Origin: Vulcanimicrobiota bacterium
GTDB lineage: Bacteria > Vulcanimicrobiota > Vulcanimicrobiia > Vulcanimicrobiales > Vulcanimicrobiaceae
Reading direction: 5' to 3'
DNA length: 64,000 nt
Assembly: GCA_963695225.1 (NCBI GenBank)
Contig: OY968762.1
Location: forward strand, 128,001 to 192,000
This document shows, piece by piece, positions 50,749 to 60,890 of the stretch. The stretch's first letter is position 1. The number at the start of each line of letters is the position of its first letter. A program made the position numbers and the translations under genes. Under the pieces are notes generated by a model. The model was not told where the DNA came from and did not search any database. It saw only the letters and a program-made list of their open reading frames with translations.

Positions 50749-52179
50749 CTAGAACAGGTTCCAGAGGTACTGGTTGTAGACTTCGTGGTGGTATTGGACT
50801 TCTTGCGCCTTGACGAACGTGCCGAGCGCGCGCGGGCAACGGTCGGCGCTGGCCTCCTTGAGATCGGCGTAGCGTGCCTTCACGTCTTCGGTGAGCAGTT
50901 CGGTCGTCCAGGCGGCCTCGCGGAAGTACGTGAGCGCGTCGTAGATGTTGTCGGGCAGGTAGCGCTGCGCCTGGCGCAGGTTTTCCACGTCGCTGATCGT
51001 GCCTTCGAGCCCCGTCTTGAAGACGGCGAGCATCACGAGGTACGGGTTGGCGTCCGGCGCGACCGAACGGACTTCGACGCGCGAACTGCGTTCGTTGCCG
51101 AATGGGATGCGGATCATCGATCCCCGGTCGATCGCCGAAGCCTTGATCTGATTCGGCGCCTCGAAGTGCGGGTCGAGACGGCGGTATGCGTTGACGCTCG
51201 AGTTTAGGAGCAAACAGATATCGTTGCCGTGTGTGAGGATGCGGTCGGTGAAATCCCAGGCCAGCGCGCTGATCCGCTCTTCGCCGTTCGGATCCCAGAA
51301 GAGGTTCTTTCCGTCCTTCGAGACGGAGACGTTCGTGTGCATGCCGTTGCCGTTCACGCCGACGACGGGCTTGGGCAGGAAGCTCACCGTCATCCCGAGC
51401 TTCGTCGCGACCTGCCGGCAGATCAGCTTGTAGAGCTGGATCTGATCGGCGGCTTGGACGACCTCGCCGTAGCTGTAGTTGATCTCGAACTGCGAGGGCG
51501 CGACTTCGGGGTGGTCCTTCTCGTTCTCGAAGCCCATGGCGCGCTGCACTTCGGCGACCGTGTCGATGAACGTGCGTAGCGGATCGCCCGGCAGCGAGTG
51601 ATAGTAGCCGCCGGTGTTGACGTACTCGAACTTGCCGGTCTCGTGATAGCGCCGTTCTGCATCGAGACCGCTGAACACGAAGCCTTCGATCTCGTTGGCG
51701 GCGTTGAGCGTGTAGCCGTTCTTCTCGAACTGCTCGGCCGCGAACGACTTGAGGACGCCGCGGATGTCGGCGGTGTACGGCGTCCCGTCCCGGTCGAGGA
51801 CTTCGCCGAAGACGAGAACCTTACCGGACCCGAAGATGTCCGCGGGAGCCCAATAGAACGACGGCCAGTCGATGCGCAAGCGCAGGTCGCTTTCGCGTTG
51901 CGGAGTGAAGCCGCGGATCGAGGAACCGTCGAACGTGAGATTGTCATAGGAACTCAGCAAGAATTTCTTGTCGTAGTCCAGCATGTGGAGCCGGCCTTCG
52001 AGATCGCTGAAGAGGACGGTCACCGCCTTGATCCGGTTCTCGCCGGCCAAGTACTTGAGCCGCTCTTCCTGGATCTGCTGCGCCGGAACGCGATCTTTGC
52101 GCTGCTTCTTCGCAACGAGATTCAGCGCTTCCAACTCGCTGTACGGGAGCGCGAGGAAGTCGCGCAGTTCGGTACTCAT
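50749..52179 (-). CDS. glnA: glutamine synthetase type I family
   Basis: FDGSSI, HPEVAPSQFE, FLPKP..GVNGNGMH, NAYRRL, RVEVRS.APDANPYL; AAGGAG RBS. Confidence 0.9.
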   Translation of the reverse strand: MSTELRDFLALPYSELEALNLVAKKQRKDRVPAQQIQEERLKYLAGENRIKAVTVLFSDLEGRLHMLDYDKKFLLSSYDNLTFDGSSIRGFTPQRESDLRLRIDWPSFYWAPADIFGSGKVLVFGEVLDRDGTPYTADIRGVLKSFAAEQFEKNGYTLNAANEIEGFVFSGLDAERRYHETGKFEYVNTGGYYHSLPGDPLRTFIDTVAEVQRAMGFENEKDHPEVAPSQFEINYSYGEVVQAADQIQLYKLICRQVATKLGMTVSFLPKPVVGVNGNGMHTNVSVSKDGKNLFWDPNGEERISALAWDFTDRILTHGNDICLLLNSSVNAYRRLDPHFEAPNQIKASAIDRGSMIRIPFGNERSSRVEVRSVAPDANPYLVMLAVFKTGLEGTISDVENLRQAQRYLPDNIYDALTYFREAAWTTELLTEDVKARYADLKEASADRCPRALGTFVKAQEVQYHHEVYNQYLWNLF

Positions 52180-52454
52180 CGTGGTATGTGCACTCCTTGA
52201 CGTATAGCCCTCAGTTTTTTTGCCGCGGATAAGCGAGGGTTTGCAGCTTGCGGACGGACTCCTCGGGCCTGATGTAGCAAAATAGACGCTGCGCCGTGCG
52301 CGTGCTTTGGCAATGCGAGGCTCGCGTACGATGTACCGAACGCGAGCCTCGGCGTCAAGTCTCTTGTGGTTAACGTGGGCCCCGCCGGGTGCTACGAAGT
52401 GAGCATTCCCGCGCAAATTGCGACGTTTGTCGGGCGTCGCGGCCGGCTGCGCGC

Positions 52455-53981
52455 CTAGACGGGATCGAAGGCTCCGGTCGCGATCATCGCTTCGCTCATG
52501 CGGCGCGCTTCGCGCAGGGTCGACTCGTCGCCGGCTTCGTTCTTGGGGCGGTCGGCGAGCAGCCGGGCCAACTCCTCGTCGAAGAACGCGGTGACTTCGG
52601 CGGCGGTGTGCATGCCGTGCCGGATGCGCTGCGCGATCATGAGGCGGTAGATGCGGTCGGTCGCGAGGTCTTCCATGTATCCGTCGAGGAGGCTCGCGCC
52701 CTTCCCATTCAGATAGCCGTTGCGGTACCGGATGACGGTCCGCACCGCCGCGCGCGTTCCGGCTTCGGTACGCCGGCCGACGCCTTCGATCGAGGGGCGC
52801 ATGTTCGGGTGGGCATCGAAATCCGGCTTGAAGCTCGCGAGTTGGTTGGGCTGAGGGAACTGCGCCACAGCGATCGCGTTTTGATCCGGGTGCCCGGTCC
52901 AAGCCCCGTCCATCAGGCAGTTCGCTTCGTTCTTCTTGTCCTGCGCGAGGACGGCGAGCGCGCGCGCGTTCAACTCCGGATCCTCGCGGCTCGGGAAGAG
53001 CGCGGTCATGCCGCCGATCGCGAGCATTCCGTGCTTGTGGCAAATCGAAGGGATCAGCGTTCGCAGGTGCTGGAAGAACGCGACGTCGTGCGGGATCGTG
53101 TTGCGATCGGGCAGCACCCAGTTCGGATCGTCGAGATTGAAATGGATCAAGCTCGCCATGTAATCCCAGCGCCCGAGGTTGAGGCCCATCAAGTGCTCGC
53201 GCAGATTGTACGCGAATTCTTCGAGTTGGAACGCGAGCGGATGCGCTTCGACGAGCGCCATGCAGCGGATCGCGTCCTTCGGCTGATTCTTCAGCGCGGC
53301 GAGCGCCTGAAATACATCGCGCCACCAGAGCGCTTCCTCGGCCGCTTCGGATTTCGGGATGTAGATGCACAGCGGATGCCGCAGGCGCGCGAAATCGACT
53401 TGGAATACGAGTAGCGCGAGATCGAAGAGCGAAGCGGAGGTCGGCTCGTCGTAGACGCCGGCCTGCGAGAGGTGCAGGCCGCGCACGCGCGTGAACGTCA
53501 CCGTCGGTGAAGGCTCGATCGCGACGGTGCGGCCGCGCTTCTCGTCGTCGTAGGTCAGCGTGCCGTACAACGCGGCGAGCACGTTGCGCGTGCCGAGCAT
53601 GGCATGCGACCACTCGTTCGCCATCGAGTCCTCGAGATCGAGCATCACGCCCGGCGCGCCCGAGTTGAGCATCTTGACGCACAAGTCCGCCTCGTCGGAG
53701 GGGCCCGTCATCTGGTTGCGCTGATCGGCGCACCACGCCGGGAGTTCGATCCTCCACTCGCTCGTGGTCGCGACGGAGGGTGGAAGATATCCCGGCCGCT
53801 CGCCCCGCTGCGAGGCCGCGAGCACGTCCTTGCGGCGCGCCGCGAGCGCCGCCTGGCGCGGCGTGAAGCGTTCGTGGAGCGGGCGGTAAAACGCGGCGAA
53901 GCCCGCGGGCAAATCGCGTTCGAGCGAAAACCCGTCCGGGGCTCGGCTCATGCCGGGCGCGGACGCAGCACTCGTATTCAC
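52455..53981 (-). CDS. aceB: malate synthase
   Basis: LNSGA..MLDLEDS, YIPK.E, GLNLGRWDY, IGGM, DGAWTGHP, MEDLAT. Confidence 0.88.
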   Translation of the reverse strand: MNTSAASAPGMSRAPDGFSLERDLPAGFAAFYRPLHERFTPRQAALAARRKDVLAASQRGERPGYLPPSVATTSEWRIELPAWCADQRNQMTGPSDEADLCVKMLNSGAPGVMLDLEDSMANEWSHAMLGTRNVLAALYGTLTYDDEKRGRTVAIEPSPTVTFTRVRGLHLSQAGVYDEPTSASLFDLALLVFQVDFARLRHPLCIYIPKSEAAEEALWWRDVFQALAALKNQPKDAIRCMALVEAHPLAFQLEEFAYNLREHLMGLNLGRWDYMASLIHFNLDDPNWVLPDRNTIPHDVAFFQHLRTLIPSICHKHGMLAIGGMTALFPSREDPELNARALAVLAQDKKNEANCLMDGAWTGHPDQNAIAVAQFPQPNQLASFKPDFDAHPNMRPSIEGVGRRTEAGTRAAVRTVIRYRNGYLNGKGASLLDGYMEDLATDRIYRLMIAQRIRHGMHTAAEVTAFFDEELARLLADRPKNEAGDESTLREARRMSEAMIATGAFDPV

Positions 53982-54024
53982 GTTGGGGATCTCCTCGGCG
54001 CGGGGCGGGTTGAGAGTTCCCTTG

Positions 54025-55491
54025 TTAGCGGGTCGCCGTGAGTTGCTCCTGGCGTCGAAGCGCTCCGGCGCGAAACGTTTCGCCTAGCGAAATCGACGCG
54101 AGCGCGAGCAGCCCGATCCACGTCGGGAACTTAGCAAGCGTGTACGCGACGCCGTTCGACTGCGCGATCTCGCGGACGAACACGTCCCACGTCTTTTCGG
54201 CTAGCGCGCCCGGATCGTAGGCCGCAGCGAGCGCGGCCCCCGGATCGGGGATCGGCGTGAAGAACGCCGCCGGGACGGCGGAAAGGAGCGCGGCGCCGCC
54301 CGCCAGCGCGGCAACCGCGAGCGGCCGCTCGACTCCGAGACTCCAAGCGAGGGCGAGGATCGCGAGCGCGACGCACAGCGGAAACGCGGGACCGAGATTC
54401 GCGAATTGCACCCAGGGGATGGCGACGAGGCCGAGTGCGGCACCGAGCGTCGCGCGCCGCTGCGGCAGGGCCGCGTACAAGAGCGTTGCAGCCGGGATGG
54501 CGGCCGCCATCTGCGCGGCGTGAACGAACGGACCGCCGACGAGCGTGAACGCAACGGGGAGCGCTGCGAGGAGTGCCGGAGCTTCCAATCGCTCGGCGAG
54601 GATCTTCGCCGCCGCGAGGCCCGCGACGAGCATCGCGACGTAAGAGAGAGAGCCCAGGCGCAACGCGAGGGCGTCGGATGCGCCGAGTTGATGCGCGAGA
54701 AACGTTAGGCTGAGCTGCTTTTCGTTGACGAGTTCCGATAGCGCATGGGCCGGGATCACGGCGCGCAGATACTCGGCATTTTGCGCGAAGCCGGCCAGCC
54801 CGAGCGAGAGCGCGGCGCACGCGACGCCGCAAGCGGCGAGCGCGAGGCGCGTGCGCGGCACGAAGAGCAAGAGCGCGAGGCACGCCGGGAGCCCGACGTG
54901 CGGCTCGATCATCGCCGCGGCGGCGCACGACGCGGCGAGCGCGTAGCGTTCGCGCGAGAGCGCCCAGGCGGCCCCCGCGATGCCCGCGACCGCGACCGGC
55001 ACGACTTGCCCTTGGCTCATCGCGGCGAGGCCGTCGACCAGCGCGAGCGACGCGATCGTCCCCGCGAGGGGCAGGCCCGTCAGCGCTCGCAGCGCCCACG
55101 CCGTAGAAAGCACGCAAGCGAGCGAGATTGCGAGCCACGCGAGGACGGCGGCTCCGTACGGCAAGTGCGCGAGCAAGGCGAACGGTGCGAGCGCGTAGGG
55201 GGGCAAGGGAGCCGGCATCGAGAGATGCGGGATCTGCTGGTTCAGTCCCCAGGGCTTCGGCATCCGCTCGCAGGTCCCGAGGGGTTCCGCCAGATACGGG
55301 TCCGCGTGCTCTGCGACTGCCTTTCCTGCGCAATAGAAGGCGTTGAAATCGCGCATGAGGCCGCTCGGCCGGAGCTGCCACGAAGCGGGGCCGAGCGCGA
55401 CGGCGAGCAGGATCGCGGCGAGGCCCGCGATCAGCACGATCGCCTTCGCGCGATCCAGGGCACGCGGGGCCCCGCTATGATTCCGCATCAC
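54025..55491 (-). CDS. GT87/DUF2029-like membrane glycosyltransferase
   Basis: DFNAFYCAG..DPY, PLPPY, GQ; polytopic membrane protein. Confidence 0.7.
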   Translation of the reverse strand: MMRNHSGAPRALDRAKAIVLIAGLAAILLAVALGPASWQLRPSGLMRDFNAFYCAGKAVAEHADPYLAEPLGTCERMPKPWGLNQQIPHLSMPAPLPPYALAPFALLAHLPYGAAVLAWLAISLACVLSTAWALRALTGLPLAGTIASLALVDGLAAMSQGQVVPVAVAGIAGAAWALSRERYALAASCAAAAMIEPHVGLPACLALLLFVPRTRLALAACGVACAALSLGLAGFAQNAEYLRAVIPAHALSELVNEKQLSLTFLAHQLGASDALALRLGSLSYVAMLVAGLAAAKILAERLEAPALLAALPVAFTLVGGPFVHAAQMAAAIPAATLLYAALPQRRATLGAALGLVAIPWVQFANLGPAFPLCVALAILALAWSLGVERPLAVAALAGGAALLSAVPAAFFTPIPDPGAALAAAYDPGALAEKTWDVFVREIAQSNGVAYTLAKFPTWIGLLALASISLGETFRAGALRRQEQLTATR

Positions 55492-55527
55492 TTAGATCAT
55501 CGGCTAGGCGCGGGGCCCGCCTGAGGC

Positions 55528-57108
55528 TCACGGCGCCGCGGCGCTGCCGAAATCGACCTGCGCGAGCGCCGTGCCGTTCGGGCTCCCGAGCCCGGTGCAG
55601 GCGTCCCAGCCCTTCGCCGCCGCGAAGCTGCCGTTGTTTCCCACGAGGATATCTCTGAACGCCGCCGGGTTCGCGTACAGCTTGGGATTCACGTATCCGG
55701 CAGAGGTCGCTTTCGCGGCGTTGATCCGTGCCATCAAAGCGGCCCACAACGGCGCGACCGCGCTCGTCCCTCCGAACGTCGTCTCCGTTCCGTCTACGCG
55801 GACGACGTATCCCGTTTGCGGGTCGGCATCGCCGCTCACGTCGGGGACGCCGCGCCCGGCGAGCGGCGTGCTCGCGCCCTGGCTCGTGAGCGTCTGCAAT
55901 CCGGTTTGCCACGTGGGAGGCGGGAACACGGCGCTCACCCCGCCGCCCGTCGCGCCGCCGGACGCGCCGTCGTTCCAGGCCGATTCGCTCGAGATCGTTC
56001 CGTTGGAGGCGACGAGGCTCGTCCCGCCGCAGGCGAGCGCGAACGGGCTCGAGGCGGGGAAGTCCACGTGGTCGCCGCTCTCCCCGTCGCTCGAACCGTT
56101 GTCGCCCGAGGCGGCGCAGACCGTGACCCCCAATGCCGCCGCGGCCTGAAAGGCTTGATCGAGCGCCGTCCTCGCCTGCGCCGTCCAACCGTCTTCGGGA
56201 GCACCCCAGCTGATCGAGATCACGTTCGGTTTGTTCTCGGCGTCGTGGGCGGCCGTCGTCACGGCGTCGAGGAAGCCTGCGTCAGTATTCGGCGCGAAGT
56301 ACACGACGATCTTCGCGAGCGGCGCGATCGAGCCGGCAACTTCGATATCGAGCACGACCTCGCCGTCGGGCCCGTCCGCGGAACCCGTCGGCGCATTCGT
56401 TGCGCCGTCGACCGAGACGCTGGAGACGAGCGGCGGCGCGATCTTCAGCTCCGCGAAATACTGCGTGAGGTCGGTTTCCGCGTAGCCGCCGCCTAGCTCG
56501 ATGAGCGCGATTGTCTGCCCCTGCCCGCCGCCCGCCGGGAATGCGTACAAATCCGCGACTTGCGGCGGCGTGTAGGAGGCAGGCGCCGCCGCAGATTCCG
56601 CAGCGCCGCCCCTTCCCGCATCGAGAATCCGGAAGTGTGGTTTGGCTTGCGGGCGGTTGTCGAGGCCGAGCACCGCTTCCACGATGCCGTCGAGCGCATC
56701 GGGCAAAAAGACGGTCCCCGTGCGCCCGCGATACGAGCCGCCTTCGTACTCGTAGCGGTTGAGCTTCACGCCGAACGCCGCTTGGAATTGCGCCACCGTG
56801 CCGGCGAGGATGACCGTCCGGCGCGCCGCGTCCGACCGGACGATCGCGAGGCCGTGCCCGGTCGCGAAGGCGGCGACCGCCGCGAGTTCCGCGGGGTCGG
56901 CGCCGAACTGCTCCGCGAACGCTTCCCGCGTCAGGTTCGCGGCCCGGGGATCGGCGGCCGCGAGCCGGGCGACGTGCGCGTCGAACGCGCCGGCGGCTTT
57001 GCGGCGGACGATGACCGTGACTTGGAGGCGTTCGGAGAGATCGGCGGGGCCGACCTCGCGCGCCCCCGCCATCGGCTCTTTGTGGCTGGCTGCAAGCGGC
57101 TTGGACAT
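55528..57108 (-). CDS. S53 (sedolisin/kumamolisin-like) peptidase with prodomain
   Basis: EVVLD (Glu/Asp), SGDNG, GGTSA (Ser), GWDACTGLGSP calcium site. Confidence 0.93.
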   Translation of the reverse strand: MSKPLAASHKEPMAGAREVGPADLSERLQVTVIVRRKAAGAFDAHVARLAAADPRAANLTREAFAEQFGADPAELAAVAAFATGHGLAIVRSDAARRTVILAGTVAQFQAAFGVKLNRYEYEGGSYRGRTGTVFLPDALDGIVEAVLGLDNRPQAKPHFRILDAGRGGAAESAAAPASYTPPQVADLYAFPAGGGQGQTIALIELGGGYAETDLTQYFAELKIAPPLVSSVSVDGATNAPTGSADGPDGEVVLDIEVAGSIAPLAKIVVYFAPNTDAGFLDAVTTAAHDAENKPNVISISWGAPEDGWTAQARTALDQAFQAAAALGVTVCAASGDNGSSDGESGDHVDFPASSPFALACGGTSLVASNGTISSESAWNDGASGGATGGGVSAVFPPPTWQTGLQTLTSQGASTPLAGRGVPDVSGDADPQTGYVVRVDGTETTFGGTSAVAPLWAALMARINAAKATSAGYVNPKLYANPAAFRDILVGNNGSFAAAKGWDACTGLGSPNGTALAQVDFGSAAAP

Positions 57109-57229
57109 CGGAATCCACCTCCCCCAACGGTAGCCGGCGCTACGAATCCGTCCCGGGCGGAAGGTCCTCCTGCTTGGCCGTATCTCCTCCAGGGATGCAC
57201 CGCGCATTGCTCAAATCCGAAATGCGTGC

Positions 57230-57307
57230 GCGCCCGTAGCTCAAATTGGATAGAGCGAGGGACTCCTAAGCCCTAGGTTGCTGGTTCGATTCCAGTCGGG
57301 CGCACCA
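57230..57307 (+). tRNA. tRNA-Arg(CCU)
   Basis: GCGCCCG/CGGGCGC acceptor, CTCCTAA loop, GGTTCGATTCC, CCA. Confidence 0.92.
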
Positions 57308-57359
57308 CCGAACTCGAGCCGAAGAAGAATCCGCGGCGTTCCAGGCGGAAGAAGCGCGC

Positions 57360-60300
57360 GTGGACACCCTTGCGTCCGATCTGTGGCGTACGCTCGTCGG
57401 CGTGCTTCGCTTGCAGGGCGGGGCGTTCACCGGCGATTTCGCGCTCCCGCACCCGGCGGCCGTCGCCGTGGCGGTCGTGCTTGCCGCCGGGTTCTCGGAA
57501 GCGGTCTCGCAGAGCGTCGTCCTGTTCGCGAACCGCGTCAAGCCGCTACGGTTCGTCTTCAGCCTGGCGGTGAACGTGCTGTTGTTCGCGTTCGGATACG
57601 CGTTCGCGGTCGTCGCGACGTGGGCGATCGTATCGCTGCCGGGGCAAGCGCACGTCGCGCTGCCGGCGCTCGCGCTCGTCTTCGCGCTCAGCTACGTGCC
57701 GCTGCTCTTCGCGTTCTTGGGCGCGCTGCCGTATCTCGGTCTGCCGATTCTGTGGGTGCTGCGGATCTGGCACCTCTTGGCGATTGTCGTCGGCGTTGCC
57801 GCGGTCGCGCAGGTCTCGCTCTTCGTTGCGTTCACGTACGTGGGCTTCGGCTGGATCGTGCTGACGATCGCCCAGCAGACGTTCGGAAAACCGGTCGCCC
57901 AACTCGGCGAACGCATCCTCGATGCGGTCGCGGGCGTTCGCTTGACGGGGAGCGAGCAGGTCGCGGTCGCGCGCAAGCGCCCCGGCGCCGCGTCGCCCTC
58001 GGTGAGCGCCGGCGCGGCGAGCGCGCCCGCGGCGGGAGAAGGCGTCGCCGTCGCCTCACGCTCGCATTCGAATCGATGGATGGCTCTCGCCGGAATCGCC
58101 TTCATCGCGTGCGTCTCGTACGTGGTGGCCCTTTCGCTCGGTCCGATGCGCGGGGCGATCTTCTCGCTCGACCGGCAGGCCCCGATCTACCTGCGGCTCC
58201 CGCTCGATCTCGCGTGGGTCGCGCTCGTCGGGATCATCGTCGCGGGCTTCATGGCGCCGGTCGAGACGCTCGGCTGGTGGGCGGGCTGGTACGGCGACGA
58301 GATCGACAGGGGCCCCGCGGAGCGCGAGAACGGCCAAAGCTCGCAGAGCGCTCCAAGTTCCGGCGAAATCGTCTCGCGCTACATCGTCTATCTCGACGGG
58401 ATCGAACAGTCGAGCGGCCGGTACACGCCCGACGTCGAGCGATTCCTCGATTCGCTCGCGCCGCTGTTGCCGAAAGACGTGCGGCTCGTGCGCGGCATCA
58501 TGACGTATTCGGTGCTGAACCGGCCGCTCGACGACGATCCGATCCTCGCGCGCTTCTGGGTCTTCGTCGACAAGCTGCGTCTGAAGAATCCTGCGAGCCT
58601 GCTCGGGATGTTCGTGAACTTGCGCAACGTCCTGATCGTCGCCGTCTCGGCGGATCAACGTTACGGTCCGCTCTACAACTACGGCATCGCGCAGGTCATC
58701 TACGACGCGTTGATCGAGAACGGCTACCGCCGCAACAGCGGCACGCCGCTGACGCTGATCGGCTACAGCGGCGGCGGACAGATGTCCGCGGCGTCGGCGG
58801 CGTTCCTCAAGCGCGCGCTCGACGCGCCCGTCGACGTGATCTCGCTCGGCGGCGTGATCAGCGGCGATTGCCGGGTCCTGGAACTCGAACACCTCTACCA
58901 TTTCGTCGGCGACAAGGACGGCATCGAGCGCTTGGGGCCGATCATGTTTCCATCGCGCTGGAAGATCTCGGTCCTCTCGTATTGGAATCGCGCGCTGAGG
59001 CTCGGGCGGTTGACGCAGTTCTCGCTCGGGCCGGTCGGGCATCAAGTCCCCGGCGGGATGATGGATCCCGTCGCGCGGCTCCCCGACGGGCGCACGTTCC
59101 TGCAGCAGACGCTCGACTACATCACGCGCGTCCTTGCGGGGAATCTCGTGACCGCCGCTCCGGGCGCCGTTGTCGAGCGGAGCAATTACGAGCGCTACGT
59201 GCAGGCGCCGTGGAACCGGCCCGAATTCTATCCGCTCGACGCGCGCGTCGACGCCGAGCACTTCCGCCCGATCGGCGAGTGGATGGGGCGTCTGATTTTG
59301 CCCAAGCGCGAAGAGCGCGCGCTCGTCGGCGGCGCATGGTTCGAAATCCATCACGCGAGCGACGAGCATCGCGACCTCGTCGGGAAGACGGTGAAGCTGC
59401 GCTGGAGCGATGCGCCGCGCGTGCGCGCGTTCGTCCGCGCCGTCACGCGCGACGTCCACTTCAGCGCGCAGGCCGAATACACGAGCCGCTACGGCGGCTT
59501 GATCCAGCCGGTGCGCCTCGATCATCGGCTGCTCGTCGATCCCCTCGAATCGCTCGCCGGGGCGCGCCCGCTCGACGATATGCTCGTGATGCTGGCAGGC
59601 CCCGTCGAAGTCGAGCCGGGCGGAGAGATCGTGCGGATCTCGAGGCAACCGGTCCAGATCAGCGGCCGCCACTACGCGCTCGTGCGCTTCCTAGCGCCGT
59701 TCGGCGACGACCGTTACACGGTCGCCCACTTCAACCGGGAGACGCGCGAATTCGACGGCCCGCGCGAGACGTTTCGCCTGCCCCCCGTCGTCACCGACGT
59801 CGAAGGGCGCGAGCCCTCGAGTCCGCGCGGCATCGAACACACGCCGCTCAACGCCGCGGGCTGGTACGCGTACGGCTCCCCGGACGCGAACGGACTCTTC
59901 GTCGTCACCGCACTCGCCCCGCGCGCGCTCGTCGGCCTGCAACCGGAGCGCATCGTCCCCAGCGGCAACGGCGACGAGTGCCGCTACGTCCACCGCATAA
60001 GCTGGCCCGACGTCGTCGCGAGCAAAGGCACGACGCTTTCCGTCCGCCTCGGCGACGAAGATTGGAAACTCGGCGACAGCGCGCTCGTGGTGCACGTCTA
60101 CGGCGGCATCGGCGGAAAACAAGGCGAAGCCGTCGCCGCAAAGCCGTTCTACGCCGGCCATTTCGCATTCGGCTCCGCCGAAGTGGTGCACGATCCCCTC
60201 GCCGGCGAGCCGCGCTTCGACATCGTCTACCGCCAGGTCTACGCGCACAACCGCGACGGAATCGTCGCGGGCGCCATCCACTGGTCGCGCTACCTCGGAG

Positions 60301-60827
60301 ACCGCCAATTCGGCTGGTCCGGCCTGCGCCCGGTCTGCGACGTGCTGTTGAAAGCCGAAGGTTTCCGGCTCGACTCGTTCATCGATCAACTCGACGCGCT
60401 GACGGCGCGCTACCGCATCGGCAACGGCACGGGCGCGAGCTACGTCTCCGCGTTCAACAACTGCACGCAGGACTCGTGCCGCGCGCTCCTCGCAACGCTT
60501 CGCCGGGTCGACCGTCTCGCCGCCCCCGGCACCTCCAGGCGCGACATCCTCGGCCTCACGCGCGACCTGCGCCGCTGCCTCCAACCGTTCGGCCAACCCG
60601 CCCGCCCCGGGACCGGCAACGAATTCAGCCTCGACAGCACCTTCGAAGACGGCCTCCTCGACCAGCTCCGCGTCGTGCTCGGAAGCTGGCGCCTGATCTT
60701 CCCGCGCATCGCGAGCAACACGATCGTCGAGGCCTTCCTGAAGCACGGCGCCTCCGGCTGGGTCCTAGGCACCGACCAGCTCGGCGACCGCCCGGAGATC
60801 GAGCCCGTGGTCCCGTTTGCGCTGTGA
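57360..60827 (+). CDS. large membrane protein with an alpha/beta-hydrolase domain and a C-terminal His/Cys domain
   Basis: About 7 N-terminal TM segments; GYSGGG nucleophile elbow; later GHFAFG...YVSAFNNCTQ. Confidence 0.75.
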   Translation: MDTLASDLWRTLVGVLRLQGGAFTGDFALPHPAAVAVAVVLAAGFSEAVSQSVVLFANRVKPLRFVFSLAVNVLLFAFGYAFAVVATWAIVSLPGQAHVALPALALVFALSYVPLLFAFLGALPYLGLPILWVLRIWHLLAIVVGVAAVAQVSLFVAFTYVGFGWIVLTIAQQTFGKPVAQLGERILDAVAGVRLTGSEQVAVARKRPGAASPSVSAGAASAPAAGEGVAVASRSHSNRWMALAGIAFIACVSYVVALSLGPMRGAIFSLDRQAPIYLRLPLDLAWVALVGIIVAGFMAPVETLGWWAGWYGDEIDRGPAERENGQSSQSAPSSGEIVSRYIVYLDGIEQSSGRYTPDVERFLDSLAPLLPKDVRLVRGIMTYSVLNRPLDDDPILARFWVFVDKLRLKNPASLLGMFVNLRNVLIVAVSADQRYGPLYNYGIAQVIYDALIENGYRRNSGTPLTLIGYSGGGQMSAASAAFLKRALDAPVDVISLGGVISGDCRVLELEHLYHFVGDKDGIERLGPIMFPSRWKISVLSYWNRALRLGRLTQFSLGPVGHQVPGGMMDPVARLPDGRTFLQQTLDYITRVLAGNLVTAAPGAVVERSNYERYVQAPWNRPEFYPLDARVDAEHFRPIGEWMGRLILPKREERALVGGAWFEIHHASDEHRDLVGKTVKLRWSDAPRVRAFVRAVTRDVHFSAQAEYTSRYGGLIQPVRLDHRLLVDPLESLAGARPLDDMLVMLAGPVEVEPGGEIVRISRQPVQISGRHYALVRFLAPFGDDRYTVAHFNRETREFDGPRETFRLPPVVTDVEGREPSSPRGIEHTPLNAAGWYAYGSPDANGLFVVTALAPRALVGLQPERIVPSGNGDECRYVHRISWPDVVASKGTTLSVRLGDEDWKLGDSALVVHVYGGIGGKQGEAVAAKPFYAGHFAFGSAEVVHDPLAGEPRFDIVYRQVYAHNRDGIVAGAIHWSRYLGDRQFGWSGLRPVCDVLLKAEGFRLDSFIDQLDALTARYRIGNGTGASYVSAFNNCTQDSCRALLATLRRVDRLAAPGTSRRDILGLTRDLRRCLQPFGQPARPGTGNEFSLDSTFEDGLLDQLRVVLGSWRLIFPRIASNTIVEAFLKHGASGWVLGTDQLGDRPEIEPVVPFAL

Positions 60828-60890
60828 CCGGGTGCGCCGCGCCGGGGCTGGGCGGCACGCCTGCCACCGCATGCTTTGAGGCAGGCCGGC

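Noticed and set aside
52273..52351. NtcA/GlnR-like site or glutamine riboswitch upstream of glnA
   Set aside because: GTAGCAAAATAGAC is only a partial match. The 12-bp hairpin at 52316-52351 could simply terminate aceB, and no riboswitch consensus was recognised.
50749..53757. Apparent 1002-aa glutamine synthetase fusion
   Set aside because: The upstream part is an off-frame shadow of malate synthase; the real start is ATG 52179 with an AAGGAG RBS.
60826..60842. attR-like copy of the tRNA-Arg 3' end
   Set aside because: Similarity is short and mismatched in GC-rich DNA, and no integrase is present.
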